Origin: an uncultured bacterium
GTDB lineage: Bacteria > Bacillota_I > Bacilli_A > RFN20 > CAG-826
Assembly: GCA_949296775.1 (NCBI GenBank)
Contig: CASFQA010000002.1
Span: 179,991 to 243,990, forward strand
Length of the DNA: 64,000 nt
Direction of reading: 5' to 3'
A model generated the notes under the pieces. The model saw only the letters and a list, made by a program, of their open reading frames with translations. It searched no databases and was not told the origin of the DNA. The position numbers were made by a program, and so were the translations under genes. Of the stretch, positions 59,836 to 64,000 are shown piece after piece (the stretch's first letter is position 1; each line of letters begins with the position of its first letter).

Positions 59836-60738
59836 ATGATCAAGACGTTTGAAGTAAATCTCCCCAGCGGCGAGAAATTGAAAGGCCGGCACTGGGAGAA
59901 GAAGGAGGCGACCCAGGTCCTTTGCCTCATCACCGGGATGTGCGAGCATTCGCTCCGTTACGATGATTTCGCGAAGTTCCTCAATTCGAAAGGCATCGAG
60001 GTTTATGTCCTTGACGCCTTTGGGCAAGGGTTGAACGCCGAGACCGAAAACCATTTGCAGATTTGGCCGGACGACGGATTCGAGAAAACCGTCGATGGGC
60101 TGGAGGCGATGGTCGCCTTGTCGAAGGAAAAGGGGCTTCCGGTCACCTTGATGGGCCATTCGACCGGCTCATTCATGGTCCAGCGTTATCTGCAGCGTTA
60201 CCCGGGCCACGTCGAAAAGGCCATCGTCTGCGGCTCCAATGGCGGGCAAGCCGGCTTGATGAAGTTCGGCAACCTGGTTTGCAAATTGCTCGTCAACAAG
60301 AAAAACGAGCACAAGCCGGCCAATTTCATCACCAAGTTGGCCTTTGGTCCCTACGTCAAGGGGACGGCCTCGGCGAAAACCGAGTTCGATTGGCTTTCCT
60401 ATAACGAGAAAAACGTCCAGGACTATATCGCCGACCCCTATTGTGGGGCCGTCAACACCGGTTCCTTCTGGAAAGGGTTCTTCGCCGGGATGGTCAAAAT
60501 CTGGGACAAGAAGGAATTGGCTAAGCTCGTGCCGACCAAGGTGCTCATCATCTCCGGCAAAGAGGATCCGGTCGGGCAATACGGCTCCGGCTTATTATGG
60601 CTCCGCGACGCCTATAAGGCCCGGGGGCTAACGGTCGTGCTCCATCTATATTCGAACATGCGGCATGAGATCCTTAACGAAGAAGGTCGGCAAGAGGTCT
60701 ACGACGACGTCCTCCGCTTCCTAACCGAAGGGAAGTGA
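59836..60738 (+). CDS. Alpha/beta hydrolase (lysophospholipase-like)
   Basis: GMCEH, GHSTG nucleophile elbow, G..DPV, RHEILNE. Confidence 0.9.
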   Translation: MIKTFEVNLPSGEKLKGRHWEKKEATQVLCLITGMCEHSLRYDDFAKFLNSKGIEVYVLDAFGQGLNAETENHLQIWPDDGFEKTVDGLEAMVALSKEKGLPVTLMGHSTGSFMVQRYLQRYPGHVEKAIVCGSNGGQAGLMKFGNLVCKLLVNKKNEHKPANFITKLAFGPYVKGTASAKTEFDWLSYNEKNVQDYIADPYCGAVNTGSFWKGFFAGMVKIWDKKELAKLVPTKVLIISGKEDPVGQYGSGLLWLRDAYKARGLTVVLHLYSNMRHEILNEEGRQEVYDDVLRFLTEGK

Positions 60739-60790
60739 ACGTTCAATCGGCGCCTAGCCCCCTAGGCTCCTTATTTATTGGTCTATTGCT

Positions 60791-62173
60791 ATGAAAATCG
60801 CCAAGCCCCTTATCCATCCAACCCCGAAAAAAGGGTGGATCAACGACCCGAATGGCTTTTGCTATTTCCGTGGGCGTTACCATCTTTTCGCCCAGCATAA
60901 TCCCCTCTCGCCGACCTGGGGCCCGATGCATTGGCTCCATTTCTCCTCCCCCGATTTGCTTCATTGGCGGGAAGAGGGGATCGCCTTAAAGCCCGAGCAT
61001 CCATACGAATTGCCTTGGGGCTGCTTTTCGGGGACGGCGATCGAAGACGAAGGAACGCTGCGCCTTTATTACACCGGCTGCCAGGAAGGGGCGCAGGTCC
61101 AATGCATGGCCTATAGCCTAGATGGGGTGAGCTTCGTTAAGCATGAAGGCAATCCGGTGCTCGACGGGGCAAGTCTGCCCGTTGGGTATTCGGTTAAGGA
61201 TTTCCGCGACCCGAAGATCGTCAAGCAAAACGGCCGTTACTATTTGCTTATGGGGGCTAAGAAAGAAGGGTTGGGCTCTTCGATCCTTTGCTACGATAGC
61301 CCTGACGGCTTCCGTTTTTCCTTCCTTTCGACCTTCTATACCGGGGTCGATGAAGTCGATGGCTGCCTAGAATGCCCTGACCTTTTGTTGCTCGATGACC
61401 ATCGTGCCTTGCTCTCCTTCTCGCCGCAGAATAAGCCAAGCCACGGGAAAGGGAGCTTTCAAAACATCGCCAGCTCGGTTTACGTCTATGGGGAAGTCGA
61501 TTTGCCTTCTGGCCATTTCCGTCCCCTAAGCGGGGAAATCGAGTTCGACCAAGGGTTTGATTTCTACGCCCCCGAATTGCTGCGCCATGGCGATGAATGC
61601 TATCTCGCCGCTTGGGCCGCCATGTGGGGAAGGGAATATCCGATGGCGGAACAAGGGTATGCCAATTCCTTGCTCGTTCGGCGGATTTCCTATAGGGATA
61701 ACCGGCTTTTGCAGTCTTTTGTCCCGGATTTGGATAGCTATTGGGATACCAACCGCGATTATGGCGACCGCTTAGTCGACTCCGATTTGGTCCTCTTTGA
61801 TTTTGGCGGGGATTGCAAAAGGATCCGTTTCGAAATCGAATCCGATTCCGGCTTTTCTTTTGTTCTGCATGGCGGCTATATCATCAGCCATGAAGCCGGC
61901 TCGCCCTATCTTTCCTTCGCCCGGACCGCCGAGGCTTATGGCAGCATGAAGATTGGGCAAGCCGCCGATTCCACCCGTTATGTGAAAGCCGGGGATCTCC
62001 CTCGTTATTATTTCGATATTCTGATCGATGGGTATGTGATCGAGACCCTTATTAACCACGGGGAATACGCCATTACGTCCCAATATTTCTCCAAAGGGGA
62101 CAATTCGCTCCGTTTCCAAGGGAAATGCCGGGTCAGCGGATTGTCGTTATCCTTTTTGAAAGGCCGTCAATAA
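60791..62173 (+). CDS. Glycoside hydrolase family 32 (beta-fructofuranosidase/sucrose-6-phosphate hydrolase-like)
   Basis: WINDPNG, FSGTA, FRDP, ECPD, DFYAP. Confidence 0.93.
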   Translation: MKIAKPLIHPTPKKGWINDPNGFCYFRGRYHLFAQHNPLSPTWGPMHWLHFSSPDLLHWREEGIALKPEHPYELPWGCFSGTAIEDEGTLRLYYTGCQEGAQVQCMAYSLDGVSFVKHEGNPVLDGASLPVGYSVKDFRDPKIVKQNGRYYLLMGAKKEGLGSSILCYDSPDGFRFSFLSTFYTGVDEVDGCLECPDLLLLDDHRALLSFSPQNKPSHGKGSFQNIASSVYVYGEVDLPSGHFRPLSGEIEFDQGFDFYAPELLRHGDECYLAAWAAMWGREYPMAEQGYANSLLVRRISYRDNRLLQSFVPDLDSYWDTNRDYGDRLVDSDLVLFDFGGDCKRIRFEIESDSGFSFVLHGGYIISHEAGSPYLSFARTAEAYGSMKIGQAADSTRYVKAGDLPRYYFDILIDGYVIETLINHGEYAITSQYFSKGDNSLRFQGKCRVSGLSLSFLKGRQ

Positions 62174-62282
62174 AAGCATCCTTGCCCTTAGGGATCGTTT
62201 ATATTTTTGGCCTTATGGCCAATTAATGGCTCCCTTGGCTTCCCATTCCCGGGGAAAACAAGTAAAATCCTGCTTGTCGAAC

Positions 62283-63434
62283 ATGATCGTCGCCTTCTTT
62301 CACCTTAAAACCGACCCGACGCCGCTTAGCTTCGTCAGCGAGTTCCCGGGTTATTCCCTCCTCCGCGGGGATTGGTCGGTTTTGCTGCCGATTTTAAGCG
62401 GGGAGGGAAAAGAAAGTTACGAGGGTTCGTTTTTGCTCGATGACGTCAATATCCTCGAGGACGAGTATTGCTTCGCCTCCGTGGCCATCAATGGGATGGA
62501 AACCGTTTCCTCCCTCCCTTTGAAGAAGGGGCTTGAGTCCTCGCCGCTGAATCAGCCCTTAACGAAGTATCGCGAGGAGCATAACCTAAGCGACGAGCTT
62601 TTCGCCGCCTTGACCCAGGCCATCACCGAGCTTTACAACGCCTTGCTTAGCCGCCCCTTATACACCATTTTGGATTTGTCTAAGGCCGAGCCGGGGTTCG
62701 CTAAGGCTGTCAATGACCTTTCCCATTTTATTTTCGCTTCTTATCGGATACTGGTCTATCAAGGGAATGAGGAGGGCGAAGCCCGGCTGACCGCCTTTGG
62801 GGCGGAGCCCTCGCTTCCTTCCTTCCCCGTCACCTTCGCCGACTTCGATTACGGGGAGAAAGGGGAACAGGCCGGCTTCCGTTTCTTCGTCGCCGATATC
62901 ACCGATTCCGAGGCGCTTAACCCCGGGCATATGTTTGCCCGCCGGGCGGAAAAAATTAAAAAGAAAAAGCAAAAAGCCCTCGAGGCCAAAAAGGGAGGGC
63001 GGAAAAACCCCTTTAAGCAGTCTTTCACCCTCAACGTGCCCTTTGCCGTCCTCTTCCTTTTGTTCTGCTGCCTTTCCGGCATCGTCTTCTTCTATCTCGC
63101 CAAAGGGGATTACAACGGGACGGTCGCCTCCATCTTCTCGATTTTAAGCCCGATCTTCGCTTTAATGACTTTGATGCCGGTCGCTTTCTTCTATCTCGAT
63201 TCCCCTGAACTTAACCTGCTTAGGAACAAGCCGCTTTTTGGGGGGTTGGCTTTGATCGGCGGCGTGGCCCTTATCCTCGGCTTAGCGGAATTCCTTTTCT
63301 TCCGAACCACCGATTTCCCGCTTAGCAACCAACTGCCGTTTATTTTGCCTTTGCTGGGCTTCCCGCTTATGGAGGCGGCGTTCCTGCTCGTTTTGTATTT
63401 TATTCGGAAGAAACGATCGGAGTTAGAGGAATAG
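62283..63434 (+). CDS. Hypothetical protein with 4 C-terminal TMs
   Basis: Long ORF; start uncertain (62226 or 62283). Confidence 0.7.
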   Translation: MIVAFFHLKTDPTPLSFVSEFPGYSLLRGDWSVLLPILSGEGKESYEGSFLLDDVNILEDEYCFASVAINGMETVSSLPLKKGLESSPLNQPLTKYREEHNLSDELFAALTQAITELYNALLSRPLYTILDLSKAEPGFAKAVNDLSHFIFASYRILVYQGNEEGEARLTAFGAEPSLPSFPVTFADFDYGEKGEQAGFRFFVADITDSEALNPGHMFARRAEKIKKKKQKALEAKKGGRKNPFKQSFTLNVPFAVLFLLFCCLSGIVFFYLAKGDYNGTVASIFSILSPIFALMTLMPVAFFYLDSPELNLLRNKPLFGGLALIGGVALILGLAEFLFFRTTDFPLSNQLPFILPLLGFPLMEAAFLLVLYFIRKKRSELEE

Positions 63435-63436
63435 GG

Positions 63437-63952
63437 ATGATCATTCTCGCGTCTTCGACTGGCTATGCGATTTTGGCCGCGGTGGGGTCGGCATTCGTCA
63501 TCGTTTTAGGCTATATCGCCTCGATCCTTTTCCGATCGGGGGAATTCGCCGCCTACGCCCGGCGGATGGCTTTTCTTGATGAGAAAAACGTCAAAATGGA
63601 ACTAAGCTTCGCCAACAAGACCAGCCGATCGAAAACCTATAAGAACCTCGGTTTGGCCATCAAGTCCAAGCGGGGTTACGAAAGAGTCTCTTTCTTGAGC
63701 CACCCCCCGTTTGTGAAAGGGCAGGATTCGCTGCAGGTCGGACACTCCCTCTCCCTTTTCGTCGGGAAGGGGGAGAAGGCGACCTTCGTCATCGATTTCC
63801 ATCTGAGCGAACTTAGCGACGCCCAATATTGCCTTTTCTGCCAAGTCGGGAAGCGGGGCTTCGTCGCCTCAATCGACCTCAATTCCTATAATGCGAAGCC
63901 GATTTATTTCCGCCCGATCTCCAACAAGGCCTTCTCGACGCTGATCGGCTAG
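63437..63952 (+). CDS. Hypothetical protein with N-terminal TM
   Basis: 171-aa ORF starting 2 nt after the upstream stop. Confidence 0.68.
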   Translation: MIILASSTGYAILAAVGSAFVIVLGYIASILFRSGEFAAYARRMAFLDEKNVKMELSFANKTSRSKTYKNLGLAIKSKRGYERVSFLSHPPFVKGQDSLQVGHSLSLFVGKGEKATFVIDFHLSELSDAQYCLFCQVGKRGFVASIDLNSYNAKPIYFRPISNKAFSTLIG

Positions 63953-64000
63953 CGGGCTAGCCGTCTTTCGCCTTAAGGTAATCCGCAGCGAAGTTAAGGT

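Noticed and set aside
58999-60159. 386-aa minus-strand ORF and many similar antisense ORFs
   Set aside because: Shadow frames of well-supported genes (here galE and the hydrolase), with no motifs

Overview
A gene-dense chromosomal window (standard genetic code, mostly GC-balanced) that most resembles an uncultured gut or rumen Bacilli lineage; this assignment is inferred from gene content. Housekeeping blocks: gdpP-rplI-dnaB-yycJ-rlmH, DUF402-tsaE-tsaB/rimI-tsaD-asnS, pcrA-ligA-gatCAB-DUF1836-galE, ung and lgt. Accessory genes: a surface endonuclease I, a 2-enoate-reductase-like flavoenzyme, a SWIM + SNF2 pair, a domain-permuted GH3, a class-D-architecture flavodiiron protein, a surface-polysaccharide cluster, a TPP riboswitch-ThiT unit and a GH32. 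A tmRNA gene (20417-20813) is followed by a ~1.9 kb AT-rich islet carrying a C5-methyltransferase pseudogene and a YhcG/DUF1016 nuclease, bracketed by inverted arrays of ~20-bp-period sites. Main observations: (1) a recurring leaderless-type start architecture, with a -10 hexamer 6-10 nt before the start codon and no SD; (2) a Cys-containing C-terminal sorting-like tail plus a divergent lgt/CPBP-protease pair, a candidate C-terminal lipid-anchoring system; (3) the repeat-bracketed ssrA islet with an acceptor-stem mismatch; (4) a 20-bp tandem array at 40003-40093. All family calls come from motif recognition by eye; no database searches were run.
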